From: an uncultured Gemmatimonadaceae bacterium
GTDB lineage: Bacteria; Gemmatimonadota; Gemmatimonadetes; Gemmatimonadales; GWC2-71-9
NCBI GenBank assembly: GCA_964574295.1
Contig: CAZNLY010000002.1
Location: forward strand, 39,458 to 103,457
Direction of reading: 5' to 3'
DNA: 64,000 bases
Shown: positions 9,439 through 19,121 of the stretch, piece by piece
Layout of the letters: every line of letters starts with the position of its first letter
How positions within the stretch are numbered: the first letter of the stretch is position 1
Translations under genes and position numbers: made by a program
Notes under the pieces: generated by a model
Seen by the model: only the letters and a program-made list of their open reading frames with translations
Told to the model about the DNA's origin: nothing
The model's database searches: none

Positions 9439-11546
9439 CAGCTCCCCGACATCTCGTCGGCGAGCGGGCCGGCGTCATACACGTGGCGGAGCGCCTCGAG
9501 GATGCCGCGGCTGTCCACCCACACCGAGCGCGCCACCCGTTCCGTGAAGAGGAAGCGGTTGGGGAGCGACTCGATGTTGCCGTCGAAGATCAGCCCCACG
9601 ATTTCGGCGTTCGCGTTGATGACCGGGCTGCCCGAGTTGCCGCCGATGATGTCGGGCGTGCCGGCGGCGTTGAACGGCGTCCCGAGTTCGAACGCCCCCT
9701 TCCGCTCCACCCAGCGCGGGGTGAGGTCCCAGGGGAACGCCTTGTTGAAGGACGCCCACCGGTCGTACATGCCGTAGAAGGTGGTGAACGCCGGGGCCTT
9801 GGTGCCGTTGTAGGGAAAGCCCAGCACCTGGCCGTCGCTGATGCGGAGGCTGAACGTGGCGTCCGGGGCCACGCTGTTGCCGTAGACCGCCAGGAGCGCC
9901 CGGGCCACCTGCTCGTCCTGCGCGCTCTCCTTGTCGGCCAGGGCGATCCACTGCTGGTCCACCGCCCGCGCGAGCGGGTTGATGGTGCGCGCCAGCACGA
10001 TGAACGGATCGGTGGAGGCGGCCACCGCGGCCGAGCCCCCGCCCACCAGCGCCTGCCGGTCGGCGGCGGTCTTGAGGGTGGTGGCGCTCACCATCGCCGC
10101 GGCTGCCGCCGCGGGGGTGCGGCCCTTGAGCGCGGCCGCGAGCACCGGGTCGTTGGCCGGCAGCGCCGCCTGCATCGCCTCGAACCACTGCGCCAGGAGG
10201 AGCCGCTCCTGCAGCGTGTCGATCGGCGTGGTGGAGGCCAGCATCCGTTCGCGCTGGGCCTTCCGGGCGTCCTGGTAGGCCGGCAGGCGGTCGGCGTCGG
10301 GCTTGGCCATCTCCTCCGGCGTCCGCACGACGATCCCGGCCAACTGGAGGAGGCGGGTGCCGTAGGCGTTGTACGAATAGAAGCGGCGCTTCGCGTCGAG
10401 CTGCTGCATCTGGGCCCGCGCCTGCTCGATGGCCTTCCACGGGTCGCCGTACGCCTTCTTGTAGGCGGCGTTCGCGTTCACCGAGCGGCGGAAATTGGCC
10501 TCCCAGGCGCGCTTCTGGTTCATGAGCGCCGGGTCGAGCAGTCCCGCCTGGTATCCGGTGACCGCCTTCTGGGAGTTCTCCAGCCCGAAGATGGTGTTGC
10601 GCAGGGCCAGCGCGCGGGTCGAGTCCATCGCGGAGAGCTGGTGATACACCGTCAATTGCCGCTTGTAGCCCTGCAGCGTGGCGGGATAGGTCAGGTCACG
10701 CAGGTATTCGAGCTGGGCCATCGTGTTGAGCCGCCCGGTGGAGCCGGGGTTGCCGACCACGAACACGAGGTCACCCTCGCTGGCGCCGGTCTTCGACCAG
10801 CGGAAGTACTCGGTGCTGGCCGGCTGGCCGTTCACGTACGCCCGGACCATCGACATGTCGAGGTCGTAGCGCGGATAGGTGAAGTTGTCGGGATCGCCGC
10901 CGAAGAAGCCGGTCTGCGTCTCCACCGCGAACACGAGCCGGATGTCCGAGAAGCGGCGGAACCGGTAGAGCATGTACTTGCCGCCGCGGTACATCGTGAC
11001 CACCTGGCAGGCCGCGTCGGCGGCCGTCTTGCCGCAGGCGGCCTCGAGCCGGGCGATCGTCTCGTCCCGCTTCTGCGCCGCCACCGTCGGGGTCGCGCCC
11101 GCGGGGATTGACCGCGTGACGCTGTCGGTCACGTCGGTGATCGCCTGCAGCTGGTCGATGGTGAGCCCCGGGCACGCCCGCTCGTCCTCGCGCTTGACCG
11201 CCACGAATCCGTTGGTGAGGAGGTCCTCGCCCGGCTTGGTGACGCCCTCGATGCAGGCGCGCGCGCAGTGGTGGTTGGTCATGATGAGGCCGTTGGGCGA
11301 CACGAACGACGCCGAACAGCCGCTGTTCATGCGCAGGGCGCTGAGCTGCGCGTGGCTGAGCCACTCCGGCGTGGCGTTGAAGCCGTAGCGCTTGGCCCAG
11401 TAGGCCAGCGGCGGCTGGTCGAAGGTCCACATCTTGCCGGTCTCGAGGCCGGGATACTCGCCCTCGGTCGGGTTGCCCTGGGCCGCCAGCGGAGTGGCGG
11501 CAAGAAGGCCCACGAGGGCCAGGCGGGACAGCGTACGGCGTACCAT
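9438..11546 (-). CDS. S46 family dipeptidyl-peptidase (DPP7/DPP11-like)
   Basis: Starts at an internal ATG with signal peptide MVRRTLSRLALVGLLAATPLAAQG. Catalytic motifs MTNHHCA and GGNSGSPVIN. Confidence 0.9.
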   Translation of the reverse strand: MVRRTLSRLALVGLLAATPLAAQGNPTEGEYPGLETGKMWTFDQPPLAYWAKRYGFNATPEWLSHAQLSALRMNSGCSASFVSPNGLIMTNHHCARACIEGVTKPGEDLLTNGFVAVKREDERACPGLTIDQLQAITDVTDSVTRSIPAGATPTVAAQKRDETIARLEAACGKTAADAACQVVTMYRGGKYMLYRFRRFSDIRLVFAVETQTGFFGGDPDNFTYPRYDLDMSMVRAYVNGQPASTEYFRWSKTGASEGDLVFVVGNPGSTGRLNTMAQLEYLRDLTYPATLQGYKRQLTVYHQLSAMDSTRALALRNTIFGLENSQKAVTGYQAGLLDPALMNQKRAWEANFRRSVNANAAYKKAYGDPWKAIEQARAQMQQLDAKRRFYSYNAYGTRLLQLAGIVVRTPEEMAKPDADRLPAYQDARKAQRERMLASTTPIDTLQERLLLAQWFEAMQAALPANDPVLAAALKGRTPAAAAAAMVSATTLKTAADRQALVGGGSAAVAASTDPFIVLARTINPLARAVDQQWIALADKESAQDEQVARALLAVYGNSVAPDATFSLRISDGQVLGFPYNGTKAPAFTTFYGMYDRWASFNKAFPWDLTPRWVERKGAFELGTPFNAAGTPDIIGGNSGSPVINANAEIVGLIFDGNIESLPNRFLFTERVARSVWVDSRGILEALRHVYDAGPLADEMSGS

Positions 11547-11602
11547 GGTGCGCTCCACGTCAGGTGGTGTGAGGGCCGTCCGCTCGGCGGCCCGAGGGTC
11601 CA

Positions 11603-11896
11603 TCAGATTGCATCGAGGCGATCGCGCCCGATCGCCGGGTTCCACTGCCGGAATTCGTAGGTCGCGAGCCCACGAAGGGTGTACGGATCCGCGTCGCGCA
11701 GGCGCTCCGCCGCCCCCAGGCCCTCCGCGTCGGGCACCCGGAGGAGCACCGCCCCGCCGTCCCGCGGGTCGAAGGGCCCCGCGGCCAGGAGGGTGCCGGC
11801 GGCCTGCGCGGCGCGCAGGTGGGCACGGTGCGCCTCCAGGTGCGGCAGGATTTCCTCCAGCGGCCGCAGGTACCGGATCAGTCCCAGCACGTACAT
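11603..11896 (-). CDS. YciI-like protein
   Basis: MYVLGLIRYLRPLEE..AHRAHL..LLAAGPF..DPY matches the YCII domain pattern. Starts at an internal ATG of ORF 11603..11926. Confidence 0.75.
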   Translation of the reverse strand: MYVLGLIRYLRPLEEILPHLEAHRAHLRAAQAAGTLLAAGPFDPRDGGAVLLRVPDAEGLGAAERLRDADPYTLRGLATYEFRQWNPAIGRDRLDAI

Positions 11897-11935
11897 GGCC
11901 CTAACGATCCGCCCCGAAGGGGCCACCGCAAGGGG

Positions 11936-12448
11936 TCACGGGATCCGGACATCCCGCAGGTCGATCAGGAAGATCAGCGTGGCGTTGCCCGGGATGACGC
12001 CCCCGGACCCGCGCGGGCCGTAGGCCAGCTGCGGCGGGATGACCAGCAACCGCTGCCCCCCGACCCGCATCCCCACCAGCCCCTCGTCCCACCCGTCGAT
12101 GACCCGCCGCATGCCAAGCGTGAATTGGTAGGGCCTCCCCACCCGCTTGCTGGTATCGAACACGCTCCCGTCCGCCAGCCACCCGGTGTAGTCCGCGGAG
12201 ACCACCGCCCCCTTCACCGCCTCGGCGCCGGTGCCCGGCACGAGATCCTGCCAGTAGAGCCCTGACGGGGTCCGCACCATCATCGACAGATCCACGTTCA
12301 GGCTCGAATCGTAGGTCAACGCCTCGGGCTGGCCGACGTTCGGGTTGGTCCGCGTGGGTGCCTGCGCGTCGAGCGGCTTCGACCGCAGGGTGTCGAGGGT
12401 GCATCCGGACGACAGGACGAGCAGGGCGAACAGCAGGGCACGGCGCAT
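11936..12448 (-). CDS. FKBP-type peptidyl-prolyl cis-trans isomerase, lipoprotein
   Basis: Lipobox LSSGC and FKBP core (VSADYTGWLADGSVFDTS..VIDGWDEGLVGMRVGGQRLLVIPPQLAYG). Confidence 0.9.
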   Translation of the reverse strand: MRRALLFALLVLSSGCTLDTLRSKPLDAQAPTRTNPNVGQPEALTYDSSLNVDLSMMVRTPSGLYWQDLVPGTGAEAVKGAVVSADYTGWLADGSVFDTSKRVGRPYQFTLGMRRVIDGWDEGLVGMRVGGQRLLVIPPQLAYGPRGSGGVIPGNATLIFLIDLRDVRIP

Positions 12449-14226
12449 CAGGCACTCCTTGCAAGGTGGGCGCGCGCGAGGTCCAGTCCCTCGTCGAGGC
12501 TCGCCGCAAAGGCGATCCGCCCCGGCGCGGGCCCGATCCCCGCGCGCGCCATGAACTTGGCGGGCTGGTCCTGCACCCGCACGAGGACGACCAGCGTCTT
12601 GTCGGCGGCCAGCCGCGCCAGCGCCGACTCGAGGTTGACCATACCGGTGGCGTCGATCACGGGCACCGCCCCCAGCTCCAGCAGCACCACGCGGGCCTCG
12701 CCCGACGTGGTGTGCAGCGATTCCATGGCCTTCTCCGCCGCCCCGAAGAAGAGCGGGCCCTCAATTTCGTAGAGGACGGCGCCCGGCGGAACCGGCGAGC
12801 GCAGCGCGTGCTGCTGGCCGTTCTCCACCAGCCGGGCACCGGAGAGTTCCGCCATCCGCCGCATGAACAGCACCGCGGCCAGCAGGACGCCCGCGGTCAC
12901 CGCCACCGTCATGTCGAAGAAGACCGTCAGGAGGAAGCAGGTGACCAGGATCAGCGCGTCGCTCCTCGGCGCCACCCGCAGCACCCGCACCACGTGCGGG
13001 AGGTCGCTCATGTTCCACGCCACCACCAGGAGGAGGGCCGCCAGCGAGGCCATCGGCAGGGCGCCGAGCGCCGGGGCCAGGGCCAGCATCCCGGCCAGGA
13101 CCACGAGGCTGTGCCCGATGGCGGCCACCGGGGAACGCCCGCCCGCGCGGAAGTTCGTGGCCGTCCGCGCGATCGCGCCGGTGGCGGCGAATCCCCCGAA
13201 GAACGGCGCCACCACGTTCCCGACGCCCTGGGCCAGGAGTTCCGCATTGGGATCGTGCTTCGTCCCGGCCATCCCGTCCGCCACCACCGCGGAGAGGAGC
13301 GATTCGATGGCCCCGAGCACCGCGATGGCAAATGCGGCGGGAAGGAGGTCCTGGATGAGGGCAAACGAGAAGCCGAGCGGCGCGCCATCGGCGCCCGGCA
13401 GCTGCCACGGCAGCACCGGCATCGGCGGCTGCCGAGGAATCCCGGCGCGCGTCACCCCGTCGACCACATACTGGAACCGGCTGCCGATCGTGGCCACGTC
13501 GAACCCGGGTGCCAGGCGGCGGGCCACCTCGACGGCCACCGCCGCCAGCGCGAGCGCCACCAGCGGGCCCGGAACGCGGGTGCGGAGCCTCGGCCACAGC
13601 AGGAGGAGCCCGAGCGTTCCGGCGCCGACCGCCGCTTCCTCCCACCGGGCCCCGGGGAGCGCCGCCACGAGCGCGGCCACGCGCCCCGTGAACCGCTCCG
13701 GTTCGCCGGACGGCGTGAGGCCCAGGAAATCCTTGAGCTGCAGCACCGCGATCACCACCGCAATCCCCGCCGTGAAGCCGGCGGTGACGGGGAGCGGGAT
13801 GTACTGGATGAGCTTGCCGAGCCGCGCCACCCCGAACCCGACGAGGATCGCGCCGGCCAGCATCGTGGCCACGAGAAGCCCGCCCAGGCCGAACCGGTGC
13901 ACGATGGGGACGAGGATCACCACGAAGGCCGCCGTCGGTCCCGACACCTGGAGGCGCGACCCGCCGAGGGCCGCGATGACCGCGCCGGCGACGATCGCCG
14001 TATAGAGGCCGTGCTGCGGCGGCACGCCCGCGGCGATGGCCAGCGCCATCGAGAGCGGCAGCGCCACCACGCCGACGACGGCACCCGCCAGGAGGTCGGT
14101 CCGGAGGGTGGCCAGGGTGTAGCCGTCGGCAATGGCGGCGCGGAGCGCCAGGGCCGGCTGCAGGGCGCGCTCCCCGTGCTGCCGCAGCCCCTCGCGGAAT
14201 CGGGAGTGGCGGGAACGGGGACTCAT
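12448..14226 (-). CDS. SulP family anion transporter with C-terminal STAS domain
   Basis: Starts at an internal ATG. Sulfate-permease TM core (GVVALPLSMALAIAAGVPPQHGLYTAIVAG) and a STAS tail. ATGA overlap with the DinB stop. Confidence 0.9.
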   Translation of the reverse strand: MSPRSRHSRFREGLRQHGERALQPALALRAAIADGYTLATLRTDLLAGAVVGVVALPLSMALAIAAGVPPQHGLYTAIVAGAVIAALGGSRLQVSGPTAAFVVILVPIVHRFGLGGLLVATMLAGAILVGFGVARLGKLIQYIPLPVTAGFTAGIAVVIAVLQLKDFLGLTPSGEPERFTGRVAALVAALPGARWEEAAVGAGTLGLLLLWPRLRTRVPGPLVALALAAVAVEVARRLAPGFDVATIGSRFQYVVDGVTRAGIPRQPPMPVLPWQLPGADGAPLGFSFALIQDLLPAAFAIAVLGAIESLLSAVVADGMAGTKHDPNAELLAQGVGNVVAPFFGGFAATGAIARTATNFRAGGRSPVAAIGHSLVVLAGMLALAPALGALPMASLAALLLVVAWNMSDLPHVVRVLRVAPRSDALILVTCFLLTVFFDMTVAVTAGVLLAAVLFMRRMAELSGARLVENGQQHALRSPVPPGAVLYEIEGPLFFGAAEKAMESLHTTSGEARVVLLELGAVPVIDATGMVNLESALARLAADKTLVVLVRVQDQPAKFMARAGIGPAPGRIAFAASLDEGLDLARAHLARSA

Positions 14227-14756
14227 GCGGTCGGGAATCCGGGTAGGGACTGGAGGCGGCCGAGCTGGCGTTCGTGGTGGCGGATGTGGGCGGCGAGGAA
14301 CCCCAGCCCCTCCCGGGCGCTGACCCACCCGGCAATCGGGTGGCGGAAGCTCGCGGCGCGCCGCTGGGAGGCGTCCACCCGATCGAAGAGCGCCGCCAGG
14401 GCGCCCGCCGCGGCCGCCCAGCGCGCCTCCAGCGTCTCCAGATCCGGGCTGCCGGTCGGAATCACGCGGGAGACGGGGACCTTCACCTTGAGGGGGGAGT
14501 CCAGCACCGCCCGCACCAGGACCATCCGGACCGAGGCGACCAGCGTGGCCCGCACCCCCGGCGGGGGACCCTTCTGCACGCCGAGCACACTGTGCTCCTC
14601 CGCCAGCACCAGGTGCTCCGTCACGTCGAGCATCGACCAGGTGGCGGGCGTCGGCCGAAAGGACCGTTGCCCGGGCGTCACCCCGCGGACTCGGGTCAGG
14701 AACCGCGCCCGGGTTGCCGCGAGGGTGTCAAACCCCCTGGAGAGTTCCGGCAGCAT
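14223..14756 (-). CDS. DinB family protein
   Basis: DinB_2-like four-helix pattern with conserved His residues (VTEHLVLAEE.., HIRHHERQL). Confidence 0.75.
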   Translation of the reverse strand: MLPELSRGFDTLAATRARFLTRVRGVTPGQRSFRPTPATWSMLDVTEHLVLAEEHSVLGVQKGPPPGVRATLVASVRMVLVRAVLDSPLKVKVPVSRVIPTGSPDLETLEARWAAAAGALAALFDRVDASQRRAASFRHPIAGWVSAREGLGFLAAHIRHHERQLGRLQSLPGFPTA

Positions 14757-14768
14757 GCCATCCCCATG

Positions 14769-16004
14769 CTAGAGTGACGGCCGGGCCCGCGTGCCCAGCC
14801 CCGCAGCCCGTCCCGTGGCCCATGCCCACAGGAAATTGTAACCGCCAATGGGCCCAAATGCGTCGAGGAGTTCGCCGCAGAGAAACAGGCCCGGCGCGCG
14901 GCGACTCTCCAGCGTCACCGGATCCACCTCGGAGAGCGCCACCCCGCCGCCGGTCACCTCCGCCTTCCGGTACCCTTCATGACCGGTGACCGGCAGGGGA
15001 AAGTCGCACAGCGCGTCGAGGAGCCGCAGGCGCTCCTCGCGCCGAAGCTGCGCCAGCGTCTGGTCCGCCGCGATGCCGGCCTCGGTGAGCAGCGCCTCGG
15101 CCAGCCGCTCGGGCAGCCGACGCCGGACCTCCGTGGCGACGCGCGTCCGCCCGCGCGCCCCGAGGAGCGCCTCCCACTCACCGCGACCGGTGCCGCCCCA
15201 GTGCACCCGCACCGCCGGGGGCGGACCCGCGCGCGGACGGGTGACAACGTGCGAGATGTTGAGGACCGATGGCCCGCTGAAGCCGCGATGCGTGAAGAGG
15301 AATCCCTGCCGCCGGTGGTAGGCGGGCGTCTCGGGTGGGGCGGAGAGGTCGGCTTCCAGCGAGACGCCCGACAGCGCGGTCCACCGCACGTCGGCGGTGG
15401 TGAGCGGGGTGAGCGCGGGATAGGTCGGGTGTACCAGGTGGCCCAGCGCGTCGGCCAGCCGGAGCCCCACCCCGTCGCTTCCGGTCGTCGGCACGCTCAG
15501 GCCGCCGGTGGCGAGGACCACGCTCCGCGCCTCGCAGGGCGGGGTGCCATCGAACTCGAGCCGCCAGCCCGTGGCAGTCGCGGTGAGTCCGGTCAGCCGT
15601 GCGCCGAAGTGAATCGTCGCCCCGCACGCACGGACGTGCCGCACCAGCCGGTCGCGGACGTCGCGGGCGCGGTTCGACACTGGGAAGAGCTTGCCGCTCT
15701 CCGCCTCGAGGCGGAGCGGCAGGTCAAGCTCCCGCTCGAAGAAGGCCCGCTGGGCCTCGAGCGGCCAGCCGCGGAGGATGTTGCGGAGCGAATGTGCGGA
15801 GGAGTCGGTGACGAACCATTCGGCGCGGACCTCGGAGGGCAGGATGTTGCACCGGCCGCCGCCGCTGATGAGGATCTTGCGCCCCCCGTCCTGCGTGCGC
15901 TCGAACAGCACGACCCGCCGCCCCTCCCCGGCGGCGAACGCCGCCGCGAGGAGCCCGGCGGCCCCGGCCCCCACCACCGCTACGTCAACCTGGTCGGGCG
16001 CCAC
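14769..16004 (-). CDS. HI0933/BaiN-like NAD(P)/FAD-dependent oxidoreductase
   Basis: DVAVVGAGAAGLLAA dinucleotide-binding motif and GRKILISGGGRCN, typical of the HI0933 family. Confidence 0.9.
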   Translation of the reverse strand: MAPDQVDVAVVGAGAAGLLAAAFAAGEGRRVVLFERTQDGGRKILISGGGRCNILPSEVRAEWFVTDSSAHSLRNILRGWPLEAQRAFFERELDLPLRLEAESGKLFPVSNRARDVRDRLVRHVRACGATIHFGARLTGLTATATGWRLEFDGTPPCEARSVVLATGGLSVPTTGSDGVGLRLADALGHLVHPTYPALTPLTTADVRWTALSGVSLEADLSAPPETPAYHRRQGFLFTHRGFSGPSVLNISHVVTRPRAGPPPAVRVHWGGTGRGEWEALLGARGRTRVATEVRRRLPERLAEALLTEAGIAADQTLAQLRREERLRLLDALCDFPLPVTGHEGYRKAEVTGGGVALSEVDPVTLESRRAPGLFLCGELLDAFGPIGGYNFLWAWATGRAAGLGTRARPSL

Positions 16005-16541
16005 TCAGGCGAGCACCGCGTACACCACCAGGTCCTCGAACACCCCCCACTTGCGGACATGCTGCCGCAGCACCCCCTCCCGTTCCATGCCGAGTTTCTG
16101 CATGACCCGGCCCGAGGCGGGATTGCGGACGAGATGCCGCGCCATGATCCGGTGGAGCTGCAATGCGCCGAACCCGTGGGCCACGAGCGCCCGCGCCGCC
16201 TCCGTGGCGTACCCGCGATTCCACCACGGAACCCCGATCCAGTACCCCAGCTCCGCGCGGCTGTCGGGCAGGTGGAGCATGAGTCCCACCGCGCCGACAA
16301 GGGCACCCGAGCCCCGTTCCGTCACCGCCAGCGTCAGCGTCTCCCGCGCCGCCCACGCCCCGGGATGTCGGGCGATCCACGCCGCGGCGGCGCCGTCGGG
16401 ATAGGGATGGGGAATGTTGAGCGTGGTATCGGCAATCTCGCGGGCACCGGCCAGCCGCTGCACCTCCGCCGCGTCGGTCGGCGCGAATGGCCGGAGGACC
16501 AGCCGCTCGGTGACGAGGGTCGGAAGCGGATCGTCGGTCAT
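16005..16541 (-). CDS. GNAT family N-acetyltransferase (RimJ/RimL-like)
   Basis: TERLVLRPF N-terminus and an acetyl-CoA-binding core (GYWIGVPWWNRGYATEAARALV). ATGA overlap with the sseA stop. Confidence 0.9.
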   Translation of the reverse strand: MTDDPLPTLVTERLVLRPFAPTDAAEVQRLAGAREIADTTLNIPHPYPDGAAAAWIARHPGAWAARETLTLAVTERGSGALVGAVGLMLHLPDSRAELGYWIGVPWWNRGYATEAARALVAHGFGALQLHRIMARHLVRNPASGRVMQKLGMEREGVLRQHVRKWGVFEDLVVYAVLA

Positions 16542-17383
16542 TCGGCGCTCACCGGCAGGTCGTCACGGGCACCCCACTCCGCCCAGCTCCCGTCATACAG
16601 CGCGCCATCGGGGGCCTCGAGGCACGCGAGGGCCAGGAGCACCGCGCAGGCCGAGGTGCCCGACCCGCAGGTGGCGATGACCGGCCGGGAAGGATCCACC
16701 CCAGCGCGCCGGAGCCGCTCGCGGAGCGCGTCGTCGGGGAGCATCCGACCGGTGGCGTCCACGAGGTCGGCATAGGGAAGGCTCAACGCGCCCGGCATGT
16801 GCCCGCCGCGAAGCCCCGGCCGGGGCTCCGGGTCGCGCCCGTGGAACCGCCCGGCGGGCCGCGCATCCACCACCTGGGCCCCGTGCGCGAGCGCCGCACG
16901 GACCTCCTCGGCGCTTCGCACCAGCTCCGGCTGCGGTCGCGCCCGGAAGTCACCCGATGGCGGCGCCGTTGCCGCGCCTGATTCGGTCGGGAATCCGGCG
17001 GCCAGCCACGCCCCGAGCCCGCCGTCGAGCACCGCCACCCGCGCGTGGCCATAGGCGCGGAACATCCACCAGGCACGCGCGGCGCTCAGGTTGACCCCCG
17101 AGGCGTCGTACACGACGACGTCACTCGCGGTGCCGACGCCGAGGCGCCGGACGCCATCCTCGAACCGCGCCGGGTCGGGGAGCATGTGCGGCAAGGCGGT
17201 GGCGGGGTCGCTCAGGGCGTCGAGGTCGAAGAACCGCGCGCCCGGAATCCGGGTGGCGGTGAACTCGGCCTGCGGGTCGCGCCCCGCCTGAGGGAGGTGC
17301 CAGCTGGCGTCGAGGACGACAAGCCCGGGAGCGCCGAGCCGGCGGCGGAGCGCCTCGGGCGTCACGAGCGGGGAGGGGTGCAT
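16538..17383 (-). CDS. sseA: 3-mercaptopyruvate/thiosulfate sulfurtransferase (tandem rhodanese)
   Basis: Starts at an internal ATG (MHPSPLVTPEAL..). Two rhodanese domains and the active-site loop ATCGSGTSA. The upstream 455 aa of the track ORF is an Arg/Gly-rich shadow frame. Confidence 0.9.
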   Translation of the reverse strand: MHPSPLVTPEALRRRLGAPGLVVLDASWHLPQAGRDPQAEFTATRIPGARFFDLDALSDPATALPHMLPDPARFEDGVRRLGVGTASDVVVYDASGVNLSAARAWWMFRAYGHARVAVLDGGLGAWLAAGFPTESGAATAPPSGDFRARPQPELVRSAEEVRAALAHGAQVVDARPAGRFHGRDPEPRPGLRGGHMPGALSLPYADLVDATGRMLPDDALRERLRRAGVDPSRPVIATCGSGTSACAVLLALACLEAPDGALYDGSWAEWGARDDLPVSAE

Positions 17384-17458
17384 CGCCAATCTTAGTTTCC
17401 CGCGGCGCCGCGCGACAATACTATTCGGGTCACTCCACCCGCCCGGGGAACCCGACCC

Positions 17459-19054
17459 GTGAACGCCAGCCGCGCCGAGCGCCTCGCCGCCGCCATCCTC
17501 GTGATGGGCGCCCTTGCGGTGGTCCTGGCCGTCTCGCCCTATCGGCTCTTCGAGCTGGACCGCTTCTTCCTGCCCAAGGAAGCGGTGCTGCACCTGACCG
17601 CGGTGCTGGTGACCCTGCTGGTGCTGCCGGGGCGGCGCGAGTGGGCCTGGACCCGCGCCGATCCCTTCCTCCTGGGCTTCCTTGGCCTGTCGCTCGGCTC
17701 CGCGCTCCTGGCCGCCAACGGCTGGTACGCGCTCCGCGCCGTCGGCATCACCTGGTCGGGGCTGCTCCTCTACTGGTCCGCGCGGGAGCTCGCCCGCGCC
17801 GGACTGGCGCGGGTGATTGTGCTGGGGCTGTCGGCAGCGGCGGTCGTAGGCGTGCTCACCGCGCTGGGGCAGGCCTACGGCGTGGTCGATTCGGAACTCC
17901 TGAGCCTGAGCCGCGCGCCCGGCGGCACCTTCGGCAACCGGAACTTCGTGGCGCACCTCGGCGCGATCGCGCTCCCCACCCTCGTGGCGGCGGCGCTGAC
18001 CGCCCGGCGGCCCGCCGGCTACCTCCTCGCCGTGCTGGCCACGGCGGTCACCACCGCCCTCCTCGTGCTCACGCGGTCGCGCGCCGCGTGGCTGGCCACC
18101 CTCGCGGCCGGGAGCGTGTTCGCGCTGTTGGCCTTTCTTCCCGGGGGACTCTGGCGCGACGCGGTGGTGCGCCGCCGCCTGCGCGGGCCGCTCCTCGCCG
18201 CCCTCCTCGGCGTGGGGCTGGCCCTCGCCCTCCCGAACGCCCTCGACTGGCGGAGCGATTCCCCCTACTTCGACACCCTCCGCGGGCTCGCCAACTACCA
18301 GGAGGGAAGCGGTCGGGGACGCATCGTGCAGTGGCGGAACAGCCTCGCACTCGTCGCCGCCGACCCGATCCTCGGCGTGGGCCCGGGGAACTGGGCCGTG
18401 GAATATCCCGCCGTGGCCCCGCCCAATGACCCCTCCCTCGCGAGCGACGGGACCACCGCCAATCCGTGGCCCAGCAGCGACTGGGTGGCCCTCCTCGCCG
18501 AGCGCGGCATCCCGGCCTTCCTGCTCATCACGGCGGCCGGGCTGCTCCTGGCCTGGGGCGCGGCGCGCCGCTGGTGGGCCGGGCCGAGGACGGTGGAGGA
18601 CCTCCCCGCCGTGGTGCTCGTGGCCACGATCGTCGCCACGGCGGTGGTCGGCGCCTTCGACGCCGTCCTGCTCCTCCCCGTGCCCGCGCTCTTCTTCTGG
18701 AGCCTCGTCGGCGCGCTGACGCTGCCCGAGGCGTTTCCGAGCCGCCACCCGGCCGCGTGGCGGGCCAAGGCGGTGCTGCTCGTGGTGGTGGCGCTCGCCG
18801 GCACCGGGCTCACCGTCCGCAGCGTCCGGCAGGTCGAGGCGATGGCGGTCATCTCAATCTGGGGCCGCGTCGACACCCGCGTCGCCGCCGCCCGCCTCGA
18901 CCCCGGCAGCTACCGCATCCAGCTCCTCGTGGCCAATTCGCTCCGCCGGCGCGGCCGCTGCCGCGATGCGGTGGAGTTTGCCCAGCAGGCGGCGGCCCTC
19001 CTTCCCGAGGCCACGGAGCCCCGCGCCATCCTCCGGTCCTGCGGGGTGCGCTGA
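17459..19054 (+). CDS. O-antigen ligase (Wzy_C) family membrane protein with a C-terminal TPR-like tail
   Basis: More than 10 TM segments, a loop GGTFGNRNFVAHLGAIALP typical of O-antigen ligase-like proteins, and a GTG start. Confidence 0.8.
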   Translation: MNASRAERLAAAILVMGALAVVLAVSPYRLFELDRFFLPKEAVLHLTAVLVTLLVLPGRREWAWTRADPFLLGFLGLSLGSALLAANGWYALRAVGITWSGLLLYWSARELARAGLARVIVLGLSAAAVVGVLTALGQAYGVVDSELLSLSRAPGGTFGNRNFVAHLGAIALPTLVAAALTARRPAGYLLAVLATAVTTALLVLTRSRAAWLATLAAGSVFALLAFLPGGLWRDAVVRRRLRGPLLAALLGVGLALALPNALDWRSDSPYFDTLRGLANYQEGSGRGRIVQWRNSLALVAADPILGVGPGNWAVEYPAVAPPNDPSLASDGTTANPWPSSDWVALLAERGIPAFLLITAAGLLLAWGAARRWWAGPRTVEDLPAVVLVATIVATAVVGAFDAVLLLPVPALFFWSLVGALTLPEAFPSRHPAAWRAKAVLLVVVALAGTGLTVRSVRQVEAMAVISIWGRVDTRVAAARLDPGSYRIQLLVANSLRRRGRCRDAVEFAQQAAALLPEATEPRAILRSCGVR

Positions 19055-19121
19055 TCCCCCTCGCGAAACGGTGCCGCGGCCCGCATCGTAGAGGGGAGAC
19101 GCCCAACCCCGGAGTCCGACC

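Noticed and set aside
12358-14772. An 804-aa plus-strand ORF across the SulP/DinB region and a 687-aa ORF (20292..22355) across the acetyl-CoA synthetase gene.
   Set aside because: Both are antisense shadow frames with extreme Arg/Gly/His/Glu composition. The opposite-strand genes have clear transporter and ATP-grasp signatures.
17384-18748. A 455-residue N-terminal extension of the rhodanese ORF (track ORF 16538..18748).
   Set aside because: The extension is antisense to the multi-TM O-antigen-ligase-like gene and is compositionally Arg/Gly/Glu junk. The rhodanese domain begins at the internal MHPSPLV start.
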